A stretch of DNA of 62,944 nt, filler included, from Globobulimina sp. (Eukaryota): NCBI GenBank assembly GCA_003354225.1. It is 53 parts of 53 records of this genome, joined end to end, with 100 filler letters (N's around TTAATTAATTAA, not from the genome) between each part and the next. Parts side by side here need not be neighbours in the genome. Positions count along the whole stretch, not along the records: positions 1 to 1,091 come from PIVH01023788.1; positions 1,192 to 2,281 come from PIVH01023789.1; positions 2,382 to 3,471 come from PIVH01023790.1; positions 3,572 to 4,661 come from PIVH01023791.1; positions 4,762 to 5,851 come from PIVH01023792.1; positions 5,952 to 7,041 come from PIVH01023793.1; positions 7,142 to 8,231 come from PIVH01023794.1; positions 8,332 to 9,421 come from PIVH01023795.1; 45 more parts are not named here. One strand, given 5' to 3'. Positions 1 through 11,048 of the stretch are shown here, in pieces (position 1 is the first letter of the stretch; every line of letters begins with the position of its first letter). Made by a program: the position numbers and the translations under genes. The notes beneath the pieces are model-generated. The model saw only the letters and a list, made by a program, of their open reading frames with translations, ran no database searches and was not told the DNA's origin.

Positions 1-1
1 T

Positions 2-1091
2 ACATTGGTGGTCAAAATGGTAAATGATTCTGTGTTAACGTCGAATGCAAATGAAAAGCAATATGAATATAGTTGGATTACGACTGATTGTAGTGGTGAA
101 TTATCGTCTTGGTCGTGTAATGCCATTGACAGAGCAAGTTATCAAGCCAATAATGACGAATATTATGTGTTGATGGATGATGATAAATCATGGAGTGAAG
201 CGAATAATTATTGTCAACATGTGTTTGGTACATCGCTTAGTACTGTTTATACTGCACAGGATATGAAGCAAATTGTTGACATGAAAAATGATATGAAAAC
301 AGCGCATGATATTGAGCCTGAACACGCATCCGACGAAGCAATATGGATTGGAATGAGATTAGATAATGGTAATTTTGCCGAATCGAAGCTGTCATGGTCT
401 GATAACTCAATCTCTAATTATTCCAATCTGGTGTCCGGCTGCGCGGCCATCGACGGCAACAATGCGTCGTTATGGACTTTGCAAATGTGCACTGAGCTAA
501 ATACACATTATTGGTGGTCGTGTAATGACTTTGTACCCACCGCAGCTCCCACGCTATCTCCGACAGTTTTGGTGAAGGAGGTTGAGACCGAATTAAGTGC
601 GTTGGAAAAGGTAATGCATTGGATAATGACCTATCCGTTGGAATTGATATATATGTTGGTGTTGGTACTGTCGTTATTGATTACTGTTTTTGCATTTTTC
701 CATTCTAAAAGTGCACATTGTTGTTGTGATGGATGTGTGATTAGTTACGCAGACGACGCCAAATATATTTGTGCTTTTTTATTTGGGTATGTGCTATATT
801 TAGTATACGTATTTATTGTAATTATACATATGCTGTGCATGTTCGACAGGCTTCAATTTTGGGATTTTGCGAGCGATATTTCGTTTGCATATAACTTACC
901 AAATAAATCCGCAAATATAATATTTCTTTTGTCTGTTATCTTTATTTTTGTGCCGTGGTTGATCAATATATTATTTTTATTACTTTATCGATACAATTGG
1001 TCGACCAATGCAGAAGTTAGTAACTGGCTAAGAGAGCATACATCGAAATTGGTATTGTGTACAATGGTCTGTGGCGGGGCTCAAACCAGTG
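2..1091 (+). CDS. C-type lectin domain membrane protein (partial), with a probable in-frame intron at 787-849
   Basis: Contains KSWSEANNYCQ..LSTV..AIWIGM..WSD..C (C-type lectin) and a PT-rich stalk, then TM helices. Removing GTATGT...GACAG (63 nt) gives FLFGLQFWDFASDISF. Confidence 0.75.
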
Positions 1092-1191
1092 NNNNNNNNN
1101 NNNNNNNNNNNNNNNNNNNNNNNNNNNNNNNNNNNTTAATTAATTAANNNNNNNNNNNNNNNNNNNNNNNNNNNNNNNNNNNNNNNNNNNN
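1092..1191. other. Artificial contig-joining spacer N44-TTAATTAATTAA-N44 (first of 52 copies)
   Basis: An identical 100-nt block recurs every 1189-1190 nt. Its core has stops in all six frames. Contig lengths plus 52 spacers sum exactly to 62944. Confidence 0.99.
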
Positions 1192-1192
1192 G

Positions 1193-1960
1193 CTTAGAAA
1201 ATCAGATCGTTATAAAACTGCATTGTCAGTCAATGGACACTTATATGAATGGAATGTAATGCCAATGGGTGCCTGCAATTCGCCCTCATATTTCCAAAAG
1301 GTAATGAATTCAATATTTCATGATTTGAAATATGTGATGGTATATATTGATGATATTGCCATATTATCTCATACAGCAGCAGAGCATAAACAGCATTTGA
1401 ATGAAGTATTTAAACGGATTGAAAAATATAAAATAAAAATACGACTCGATAAATGTGCATTTGCTCAACAATCCGTACAATATTTAGGATTCAAGGTTGA
1501 TAAAAACGGAATGCATATCACTAATAATTATAAAAATAAAATACAAAATATACCAACACCGCGTAATAAAAAACAAGTGCAACGCTTTTTAGGAATGATT
1601 CAGTTTTTACATAAATTCATTCCCGACTTGCAAATTGATCTTAAACCATTCCATAAATTAACTCGAATTGGATGACGAATTGGATGTATTGTTCAATGCG
1701 ATTAAAGTCAAAATAAATAATGCCAAAATGCTTCATCATCCAGATATGACCAAACCATTTGAAGTATATTGTGACGCATCAGGTAAAGGCCTTGGAGCAG
1801 TATTGGCACAACGAGGCCATGACGGACAGTTAAAGGCAGTACAGTTTTGTAGCAAAATCTTCAATTCGACTCAAGCCAATTGGCACGTTTCTGAACAGGA
1901 AATATTTGCCGTAATATATGCAGTGGAAAAATGGATTGGCTGACTATTTAAGTCGTGATG
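1193..1960 (+). mobile_element. Ty3/Gypsy LTR retrotransposon pol fragment (RT + RNase H), disrupted by two frameshifting deletions
   Basis: RT motifs MPMGACNSP, YIDD, YLG and RFLG. RNase H motifs CDASGKGLGAVL, EQEIFAVIYAVEKW and NGLADYLSR are spread over three frames. Confidence 0.92.
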
Positions 1961-2459
1961 CATTGATGACAGTTTTGCCATTATTTGAAGAGAAACAACA
2001 TTTTAAAACGGCAAATATATTATATATATATACACAACACGTCGCTGCAGAAACATTAAAAACAAAAAACATCGGATTTATTACGCAAACAAATAATAAC
2101 AATAACACACAAGAACCGACATGTTGCATATTACAGAACATAGAAACACAGACGCTATTATTAAATAACCACGAAATGGACGTAGACAGTGGTTCTGAGT
2201 CAGAATCAGATGATAACATTAATATAAATAACACACAGCAACTACAAGCTAATAAATCCAATGATAAACCGATACCGAAACNNNNNNNNNNNNNNNNNNN
2301 NNNNNNNNNNNNNNNNNNNNNNNNNTTAATTAATTAANNNNNNNNNNNNNNNNNNNNNNNNNNNNNNNNNNNNNNNNNNNNATTTATTTATTCGAGATAA
2401 ATATTCTGACTTCGTACTTTCTGTTTCAAAATCATAATTCATGGTATTGAGAAATCTTT

Positions 2460-3017
2460 CTAAACCCAACATGAACTTCTTGTTCCTCTTGGGGATAAAT
2501 CCGATTTATTTGATAAAATTTTAATTATATTTTCAATATTTCCAATTTGCATAATGATATTTTGCACTCTTTCTCTCGCAATTCCGTCCAAATCCAATTT
2601 ATCATTTAACATCATTACAATTTTCCGCCTTGAACTTGAGAGTAATAAGTCACTTTTATTTTGGATACATGATAGATTCCGTAATTTCCAATGAAATACT
2701 TTCTGTTCTTTTGTTGTATGAATATTGTTGTTTAATAATTCTATGTCTTTCTCTTCTTCGGTATTAATATTTGAATCGCTTTGATCTTTGTTTGATTTTG
2801 CTTTTTTCGATGCGTTTTCATGCTTTTTTTGTAATTCCTCGCTGTTTCTATTCATCGCTATATAACAACCATCTGTTTTTATTAATTGCCTAAATATTAA
2901 TGATTGTGTTTCTGATAATCCAGATTGCGTAATTGTTGATTCCATAAAATCGCGATTGTTTGAACAAGATTGCTTGAACAAAGGGAGCAATCCATTGTAA
3001 AGTTTGTAAGCTGCCAT
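2460..3017 (-). CDS. Hypothetical protein fragment
   Basis: 185-aa ORF with no recognised motif. Confidence 0.35.
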   Translation of the reverse strand: MAAYKLYNGLLPLFKQSCSNNRDFMESTITQSGLSETQSLIFRQLIKTDGCYIAMNRNSEELQKKHENASKKAKSNKDQSDSNINTEEEKDIELLNNNIHTTKEQKVFHWKLRNLSCIQNKSDLLLSSSRRKIVMMLNDKLDLDGIARERVQNIIMQIGNIENIIKILSNKSDLSPRGTRSSCWV

Positions 3018-3369
3018 GATAAAATGTTAAAGATTGTAAAGCTTTTACTTAAAACTTTCTAAACATAACCTTCGTCACATTTGACGTAATTTGACAAACG
3101 TGTTACCACAACGATGGAAGATAATATTAATTGTGGCACCACATCGATGCAATATAACGATTTGCATATTATACACAAACATTCAGATCGCAAACGCAAA
3201 CCTACCAAACCATCTGAATTACTATGGGTCAGCGGTACAGCTACACAATGGAATGAAATATACAGCAATTTATGTAATAAATTAGCAAATGTCACATGTC
3301 CAAATAAAGTTGAATCCAAATTAGGTGTATTAGATAGTCTTCATTCAGACACATTGAAGAATATCATTG

Positions 3370-3471
3370 TTATTCAAGAATTTGTGTCATTGTTTCGTAG
3401 CCATCCATCATCGGCATCATGATATCCATAAGCACGAGGTTCACATCCGGATTCTCTCCCAACAGTTTCAG
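3370..3471 (-). pseudogene. Bacterial response-regulator receiver (REC) domain fragment at a chimeric contig end
   Basis: Reverse strand reads LKLLGENPDVNLVLMDIMMPMMDGYETMTQILE*, the LVLMDIMMP-MDG phosphoacceptor motif. It is not in the ORF track. Confidence 0.85.
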
Positions 3472-3571
3472 NNNNNNNNNNNNNNNNNNNNNNNNNNNNN
3501 NNNNNNNNNNNNNNNTTAATTAATTAANNNNNNNNNNNNNNNNNNNNNNNNNNNNNNNNNNNNNNNNNNNN

Positions 3572-4472
3572 AGAAATTACCACATTTTTCATCATTACAT
3601 TGAATATAACAAACAATATTTGCAATATCTTCCATTGTTAAGCAATTTAATGGTTTTACTTTCTTTACAAAATACTGACCATTCATTAAACCAAATCGAA
3701 TAAACGGACATACCGATTTTAATAAATCTAATCTTGGACTGCTATTATTATTTGTATTGGTATTATTATTACTGTTGTTTTTTGATTTTGAGTCATTGTT
3801 TAATTTTTGTTTTTTCTTTGGTGGTTCGATTATATCAAAATCATTATTCTCATTGTTTGATATTTTATAATTTGCCCACTTCAACACAGCATCCCATAAA
3901 TCTTCTTCTTTAATATTTAAACTATCGCATTGTAGAAATATTATCATTGGATTTACATTCATTTGCAGGAATCCTTTGGATTTTACAATTTGTAGTGCCA
4001 TTGATCCAATTTGAGCTAATTTCTGTCGAATAATATTTTCATATTCAAATACTTTTGCATTCAATACGTGGTTTAATAATAAACATATATTTTTGAATGA
4101 AATGCATGAACTAAAATAATGATCACACAATTCCGACAATAACGAGATTTGATATTTATCGCAAATTTGCTTAATTAATACAATATTATCTGCAGATAAC
4201 ATTGGATCATTACAATATGCAAATTTTAATACTGATTCAAATGCATTTGGATTAATATCAATAATTTCGACTTCTGAATTTGGTTCACCTTCTCTCATAT
4301 TTCCATATAACATTGCTTTGAATACAGGCGATATGGAAGCTAATAACAACCGATGTGTTTTAATTTCTTTTCTTTCTTCGCCAACAATAAATGCCACATC
4401 ACATAGTTCTTGACTATCGAACAATTTTAATAGATTCTGTCGTTGTTTGAGTTGAGTTGTTTGGAGAGCCAT
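3572..4472 (-). CDS. BTB/POZ-BACK domain protein (3' partial)
   Basis: BTB: CDVAFIVG..HRLLLASISPVFKAML..AFESVLKFAY. BACK: LQCDSLNIKEEDLWDAVLKWA..IRFGLM. Confidence 0.92.
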
Positions 4473-4761
4473 GATAATGAATGTTGTTTTTCACAGTGTG
4501 ACTAGCTATGCTGCCTACGCAAAAGTGCTTTTTCAATGCCAACATTATTACAAAAGTGATGGGTGTACACATGAATGCATTAAAATGCCAATGCATAAAA
4601 ATAAAAATGGGAGTTTGTTGATTGCAACATATTTGTTGTCGCGTATGGATTTTGGTTCGGTNNNNNNNNNNNNNNNNNNNNNNNNNNNNNNNNNNNNNNN
4701 NNNNNTTAATTAATTAANNNNNNNNNNNNNNNNNNNNNNNNNNNNNNNNNNNNNNNNNNNN

Positions 4762-4902
4762 TATACTGTTACTAATGGAGATTTAACAGACTACAGAATA
4801 GCAGACGCAAAAGGTATCATAATTGGCTTAAAATGGAAACGTATTGCAGACAGACAAGCAGAGCAGGAAATTTTAAACTCTTGCTTCGTTGAGAAAGTAT
4901 AA
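4762..4902 (+). CDS. Phage protein C-terminus, Gp88-like
   Basis: YTVTNGDLTDYRIADAKGIIIGLKWK resembles the GD-D-R-D-G-I-GLK tail of phage Gp88-type proteins as I recall it. Stop TAA at 4900-4902. Confidence 0.5.
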   Translation, partial: YTVTNGDLTDYRIADAKGIIIGLKWKRIADRQAEQEILNSCFVEKV

Positions 4903-4912
4903 ATATAAACTG

Positions 4913-4946
4913 AATTGCCTTGTATGTAATGTACAAGGCAATTTTT
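4913..4946 (+). terminator. Intergenic hairpin, probable intrinsic terminator
   Basis: Perfect 12-bp stem AATTGCCTTGTA/TACAAGGCAATT with a 7-nt loop, followed by T residues just after a stop codon. Confidence 0.6.
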
Positions 4947-4972
4947 AATTAATAACCAAAATACATACAACA

Positions 4973-5533
4973 ATGAACAAACCAAAAGTAGTACTTAAGA
5001 AAGTAAAATATCACCAAGGTCATGAGGGAGATGGTGTTAATTGTGACGTTTGGCTAGATGGTGTTAATTGTCTTCATGTTTTAGATGATGGCAATGGTGG
5101 TGGTTTAAATATCACTGACTATGCTTATGGTAGTAAAAGACCTGACAGAGTTAAGAAACTGGTTAAAGAGTTAAATGACTTCGTTAATAGTCTACCTGAA
5201 CAAACTTTAGACTTTGGTAGTGGTAATTGTATTAAAGACGACCAAGGCAAAGATAAACTGTTTAAAATAACCTTGGAAGACTATATTAATGATATGTTAA
5301 TAGAACATCAAAAAGCAAAGGAAATGAAAAAGATGCAAAAACTTATGCAAACTTCATTTGTTATTGGTGTGCCTAATGGTGCAAGTTATTCATACATTAA
5401 TTATAAGAAACCATTGTCCAATATCCCTAAAGTTTGGCTACAAGGTAGATTAGACCATATAATTAAAAAGCATTGTACAGAGGATGCTGTTATCCTTAAC
5501 ACAAACTTAGTTGAATTAGGTTTAAAGATATAA
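4973..5533 (+). CDS. Phage hypothetical protein (Bacteroidota-phage-like)
   Basis: Complete intronless 186-aa ORF with an A-rich leader lacking an SD. N-terminal LKKVK..C-VWLDG..DDGNGG pattern resembles phage hypotheticals. Confidence 0.7.
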   Translation: MNKPKVVLKKVKYHQGHEGDGVNCDVWLDGVNCLHVLDDGNGGGLNITDYAYGSKRPDRVKKLVKELNDFVNSLPEQTLDFGSGNCIKDDQGKDKLFKITLEDYINDMLIEHQKAKEMKKMQKLMQTSFVIGVPNGASYSYINYKKPLSNIPKVWLQGRLDHIIKKHCTEDAVILNTNLVELGLKI

Positions 5534-5541
5534 TCCCTGCA

Positions 5542-5580
5542 AATTATGCGTCAAATAACTGTAACATTTGACGCATAATT
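5542..5580. repeat. Perfect 15-bp inverted repeat (operator/terminator-like)
   Basis: AATTATGCGTCAAAT-9 nt-ATTTGACGCATAATT between two phage-like ORFs. Confidence 0.85.
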
Positions 5581-5653
5581 GCGTATATTATGTTATTAAT
5601 TAAAAACCAATACACACACATATGGCAAACATTAAAGAAGAATTACAAAAGAT

Positions 5654-5851
5654 TTATGATGAATGTACGAGAATATATTCAGAGAAAGGTGCACCATCGA
5701 GCAGACACACTCCATCCAGCGGCTCAAGCAATCCTATCATCGATTTTAACAGGGTACTTTTTCCTGTACCATTCCTTCCTATGAGCGCCACCATCTCACC
5801 CCGGTTCACCGTCAGATTGAGCTGAGTTAAAAGGGCATTTTCCTTATGATG
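5654..5851 (-). pseudogene. Bacterial ABC-transporter ATP-binding subunit N-terminal fragment (chimeric)
   Basis: Reverse strand reads LNLTVNRGEMVALIGRNGTGKSTLLKSMIGLLEPLDG (Walker A). It runs into the phage ORF near 5675-5690. Confidence 0.85.
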
Positions 5852-5951
5852 NNNNNNNNNNNNNNNNNNNNNNNNNNNNNNNNNNNNNNNNNNNNTTAAT
5901 TAATTAANNNNNNNNNNNNNNNNNNNNNNNNNNNNNNNNNNNNNNNNNNNN

Positions 5952-7041
5952 TCAATGAAGTCGTGCCAGCCATTGCCGTACGCATTGAATATCTTCTTCA
6001 AATCTGACGTGATGGCAAACCGCGCCGTATCCAACGTAGTCGAGTCATTGAATATATATCCAAAGTCAATATGAAATAAGGCGCAGGATTCCAGATTGAT
6101 CAGTACATTGTCGTGGTGCCTATCCCTTACGCCACAGATAAAACTGGCTATGTAGGCTGCAGCCGAGCTAGTGATCAATTTATTAAATTTCTGCCGTGCT
6201 ATTATCTCATCTCTCGGCGTTATATTGCTCATAAATATGTTTTGTAACGTTTTCACTTTATTCAGCTCGATACAGTCCGATATCATTTCGATAATACCGA
6301 CGTCATTGCCCATCGGGATGCATTTATAAATCAAACACTCCACAAAATATTTGCCCTTTTGATATTTTAAGTTATTCTCCTTCCAAATATCATTCATAAA
6401 CTTGAACATTTGCAATATAGCCTGGTCTTTGCGTAAATCGTCGCCTTTTTTTAATATAAAGGATGAACTTAACTGCATGCCGTCGTATTTCATACGCGAT
6501 CCATGCACAGAGTCATTAATATCAGAATCCTGTTCGTTGTATTTCATCTCCGTATCTTTGACGTAGCAGTCAATGAGATATGGTTTGGCATTGCTGCTAA
6601 ATATATGCCTCACGGTCAGCTGTTGTAGGAATTTATTCCCATTGATAGGGTCAAAGAATCTGTTCTGTAGCTCCTTGGGTACAATGATAATGGTGCCTGG
6701 CTTCGATTTATTATCAATGGGCGCACGAAATAATTTAATCGGGTCTTTCTCTTTAAAATAGATCACATCCTCATGACCCACACTCGACGCATTGTCACAC
6801 CTTTTGTGCGGCAATGAATTTGTATCTGGAAATTGTCCCATTTCGGGCGAGCCCAAATAGCGTTTGGGTAACCCGGCCATTCCCGTCTCGTTCTCGGGGG
6901 AATACGGCGTGAATGGCGCAGAGCGTTCACTGAACACAGTGTTGGTTTCACTGAATATAGTGATGCCATCATCGAAATCTTTATCAGCACCGACATCACC
7001 ATCGACATCATCAACGCCAACAATATTATCAACATAATCAT
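5952..7041 (-). CDS. Phosphatidylinositol 3-kinase family catalytic domain (partial)
   Basis: FSSNAKP, FILKKGDDLRKDQAILQMF, GVRDRHHDN and LFHIDFGYIF. The frame is open across the whole contig. Confidence 0.93.
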
Positions 7042-7142
7042 NNNNNNNNNNNNNNNNNNNNNNNNNNNNNNNNNNNNNNNNNNNNTTAATTAATTAANNN
7101 NNNNNNNNNNNNNNNNNNNNNNNNNNNNNNNNNNNNNNNNNA

Positions 7143-7463
7143 CTATCAAAACATGCGATTGCAACAAATAAAAATGAGAAAATATCCGGCAAAAAACGCA
7201 GAAGAAGTGATATTACTGATATTAGCGATTCTGAGTCATCGAGTGATGATAATGATGAGGTTGAGGATAATCATATATTTGTCGTGCAAAAACTAGTGGG
7301 TCATAAACAAATTGGTGATAATAAATATAAATACCATGTAAAATGGCGTGATTATGATGAATTATCGTGGGAGCCACATAAAAATTTAATGAAATCAACA
7401 ATTAATAAATATTGGAAATCGATAGGGTATAAATGCGAAAAAAATAGTAATATGAAGCAATGA
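7143..7463 (+). CDS. Chromodomain protein C-terminal fragment
   Basis: Manual translation gives FVVQKLVGHKQIGDNKYKYHVKWRDYDELSWEPHKNL. It is absent from the ORF track. Confidence 0.8.
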   Translation, partial: LSKHAIATNKNEKISGKKRRRSDITDISDSESSSDDNDEVEDNHIFVVQKLVGHKQIGDNKYKYHVKWRDYDELSWEPHKNLMKSTINKYWKSIGYKCEKNSNMKQ

Positions 7464-7469
7464 GCTTAG

Positions 7470-7766
7470 TCAACAAAAAAACGGAAGAAAAAAAAACGTA
7501 AAAAAGAAAAAAATGGAGAAGCAAAAGAGTACAAATGTGTGGAATGTGACAGAACATTTAAGAATGCCATGGCTTTGGGCGGGCATAATTCTGCGGTACA
7601 TTCAAAAAAAAAGAAACAAAGAGAAGCAATGTTAGCATCACCATCACCATCACCACCACCAAAGGATGAGGATGTGCCTGATGTTGTAATTGTGGTTGAT
7701 GTGGCTGAGGATAATTTGGAAAATGATGATAGTGATAGAGATGTGCTTATTGTTGATTCGGATTGA
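7470..7766 (+). CDS. C2H2 zinc-finger fragment with acidic tail
   Basis: YKCVECDRTFKNAMALGGHNSAVH, in the same frame as the chromodomain but beyond TGA-GCT-TAG. Confidence 0.65.
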   Translation, partial: STKKRKKKKRKKEKNGEAKEYKCVECDRTFKNAMALGGHNSAVHSKKKKQREAMLASPSPSPPPKDEDVPDVVIVVDVAEDNLENDDSDRDVLIVDSD

Positions 7767-7968
7767 CTTTTATAGTCAAGATTTGCTGGTTTTTATTTAT
7801 TTAAGCACGATTTCCTGACGGACTGCTGCTGACCTTCGGTATTTGAGCGTTTTTGTAGACTTTATATTTAATGAAACAACTCATGTCCTTGCACACAACT
7901 GAAGTATCAACAAACTATACAAATATAAGTTACATTCTTACTACAAAAACTAGCAAAGATTGAACCAA

Positions 7969-8231
7969 TTAACCTCTCGCAACCGACATTTTCTTTAAAT
8001 GTTTCACCGGAACACCCACCAATTTTGAATATTTTTTCATGACTGCACTGACTTCGCGATTTAAATTTTCTGCAATTTTCTCCCATGAGCCATAACTATT
8101 TACACCATACTTCGAGACGGAGGCAAATAAAATATCACTCTCATCATCAGTCCATTGCCCAGTATCGTAACAAACCAATTGTACGGTACAGCTCAATTCA
8201 AATTGGCCATACTCTGCGCGCCACAATGTTT
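7969..8231 (-). CDS. Myb/SANT domain protein C-terminus
   Basis: GQWTDDESDILFASVSKYG..SWEKIAENLNR. Confidence 0.75.
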
Positions 8232-8332
8232 NNNNNNNNNNNNNNNNNNNNNNNNNNNNNNNNNNNNNNNNNNNNTTAATTAATTAANNNNNNNNNNNNN
8301 NNNNNNNNNNNNNNNNNNNNNNNNNNNNNNNG

Positions 8333-9421
8333 TTAAAACTAAATAATCAAATCCTATCATATAAAACCAATGATCCAATATATAATCTCGATACAATCGA
8401 TCCCATTCCATCCCAAATCCTCGATAGATACTATCCAAAACACATAACTCCAAAATTAATAATTGATAAACAACAATCCGATCCATGGCTATATGGGATA
8501 ATCCAATATATATTAACCAATAATACCAATCTAATCCGGTCGCTTCCTAAGTATTTATATCGTTATGTATTAAACGGAAAATACATATGTAACGACAACG
8601 GATTACTATTTTATAAATATAAAGAGAACGAATATAAAATAGTTATACCTGACACTTTGCGTAAATCCATAATGAAAAACGCTCACGATTTGGTCCATAA
8701 TGGTAGCGGCAAAATGTATACTTTAATTTTGAATGATTACTGGTGGCCCAAAATGAAAACAGAGATTGTAAATTACTGCAAAACCTGTATAGGATGTCAA
8801 GCAGTAAAAGGTATACAACACAAACAAAAACGAGGAACGCTTAACTTATTTCCAGCAACGCGACCTTTTGAACAGCTTAGCGTTGATATTGTCGGTCCAC
8901 TGCCTAAAACCGACGATGACTTCCAATATTTAGTGACCATAATCGACAAATTCTCACGGTATTGTATGATAATACCAGTGAAGGATACTTTGACACCGAC
9001 CATAATACGAGCCATAGAGCGATGGTACACTACGTTCGGTCCACCGGAATCCATTCTATCTGACAATGGATCGCAATTTCTATCAAAAATATATCAACAT
9101 TTTCAGAATTCAAACAGAACAAAGATAAAATACATAACTGCCTATCACCCGGAGTGCAACGGGCAAATCGAACGACTGCATCGATGGATAAAAGAGCGTC
9201 TGGCGCTGCTTGCGCATGACTTAGGTTTGGAATTCGCGGTTGGTAAAGCTTACCAATGTCATAATTGGTCGCATTACATTCCATTGATACAATATTGCTA
9301 TAATACCATGGTAAATAGAATGACATTATATACGCCGTTTGATATCGTTTTCGGCTCAAATCCTCGAGATATGGATATATTGCGATGTGATCCAAAATGT
9401 CCTGATATATATAAGAAATAT
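8333..9421 (+). mobile_element. Ty3/Gypsy integrase (zinc-binding HHCC + rve core), partial
   Basis: AHDLVH..YWWPKM..CIGC, SVDIVGPLP, IDKFSRY, ILSDNGSQF and YHPECNGQIER (DDE). The frame is open over the whole contig. Confidence 0.95.
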
Positions 9422-9997
9422 NNNNNNNNNNNNNNNNNNNNNNNNNNNNNNNNNNNNNNNNNNNNTTAATTAATTAANNNNNNNNNNNNNNNNNNNNNNN
9501 NNNNNNNNNNNNNNNNNNNNNGCAAGAATATTACATATATATAACATGTACAGCTGATCGGGAAGAAAAGCTGCAACTAAATTGCATAAAAATATCTATA
9601 ATAAATTGAAAAAAGTAAGTTGATGGTAATAAATCACAAATGAAAAAATAAATAAGAATACCACAAATCAACACTAATAAAAAAGTAACACTAAAAAAAA
9701 TAATACGAAAAAAAATGAAATAATTAGCATGAATATCATACGGTGTGGCAGTGATAATTGACACAAATTATCAAATAGAAATTTCAGGAAATAATTCAAA
9801 CAAACGCAAACCTCGTAAAGTATATAAAAAAAAAATAATAACTATGAATGATGAATCAGAGGAAAAAAAAAGGTACAATGAACATAATTTAATGGGAAAA
9901 TGAGGAAATGTTTTATGCGAAAATGCGTATTAATACGCAATGTTTTGATACCGACGTTTAGCTCTTAATGCAGCTTTTTTTTCACCTTGTAATCGTT

Positions 9998-10462
9998 TCA
10001 ATGCTTTTTTTCTTCCACCACTTCATCATGGGCATCATAGGCATAATCCGCAAGCAAATCATAATAACTCTGCCTTGCTCTTTCCGTGCGCGTTTTCAAA
10101 ATTTTCGGTACTTCTACCTTTGTTCCGGGGTTATCTCCAGGCGATCCTCCTCTCATTAAAGCTACATACGATATTAACTCCGGCACGGTTTTATAAAGCT
10201 CATTGACGCCCACGAGAACTGCGGCTCGTTGTTTCAAACCACCATCCGGTCTGCCCATTCGATCAACATACAATGACCAATGTGCTGTCCATTTACTTGT
10301 TTCACCATTCCATTTATATCGCCACAATTCATGCTTCTCTGTGTCAAAAATAGCAATTGCATCTCCCTTTTCCATAACAGTTTCATATATTACCGTATAA
10401 TCACGTTTTTTTCTGTCATTTATTTCTTTTATTTGAAATTTGTACGCTTTGCGATTTTGCAA
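9998..10462 (-). CDS. Hypothetical protein
   Basis: 154-aa ORF with protein-like composition and no recognised family. Confidence 0.45.
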   Translation of the reverse strand: MQNRKAYKFQIKEINDRKKRDYTVIYETVMEKGDAIAIFDTEKHELWRYKWNGETSKWTAHWSLYVDRMGRPDGGLKQRAAVLVGVNELYKTVPELISYVALMRGGSPGDNPGTKVEVPKILKTRTERARQSYYDLLADYAYDAHDEVVEEKKH

Positions 10463-11048
10463 TAAAAAATAAAAAAAATAAAAAATAAAATCATATATGA
10501 GGAGTGCAGATTTAAAACCTCAACATCCTCTCAACATCCTGACAAATCGAATTGAAACAATTGTTTTTGTCTTGTTTCAATTCATAGCGCTCTTTAGTTA
10601 TACATAATTGANNNNNNNNNNNNNNNNNNNNNNNNNNNNNNNNNNNNNNNNNNNNTTAATTAATTAANNNNNNNNNNNNNNNNNNNNNNNNNNNNNNNNN
10701 NNNNNNNNNNNCACTGAGCCTGGAATCGGATCTCCGACCCGTTGCATTTTGCCCCACACGTTGGAATATGCGATAGCAAGAACAAAAACGCATTGTGCAG
10801 AGGCAGCAGAGCTGTGGATTACGGATCAGGAGATTTGATCGAATTCCACTGCGATAGAAACAATGCATACAAAACAAATTGTCCTCTTATGCTACACACA
10901 AAAAAAAAGTGTACCATGGCAGCAGATTTCCGATCGCGAACAAATCTCTAATTAAAATATATAAATAATTAAAATATAGAACCGCCAATCTATATTGAGA
11001 TGAACAATAATTATGTCATTTCATGATACTTGCATAACATTATAAGCT

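Noticed and set aside
7461-7469. Nuclear stop-codon reassignment in the host
   Set aside because: Many long host ORFs are stop-free under the standard code and end at TAA, TAG or TGA. This one interruption is better explained by decay or a chimera.
10518-10540. CCTCAACATCC motif, also seen inverted at 49715-49725, as a shared promoter element
   Set aside because: It occurs in only two contigs, in opposite orientation relative to the genes. Not enough support.
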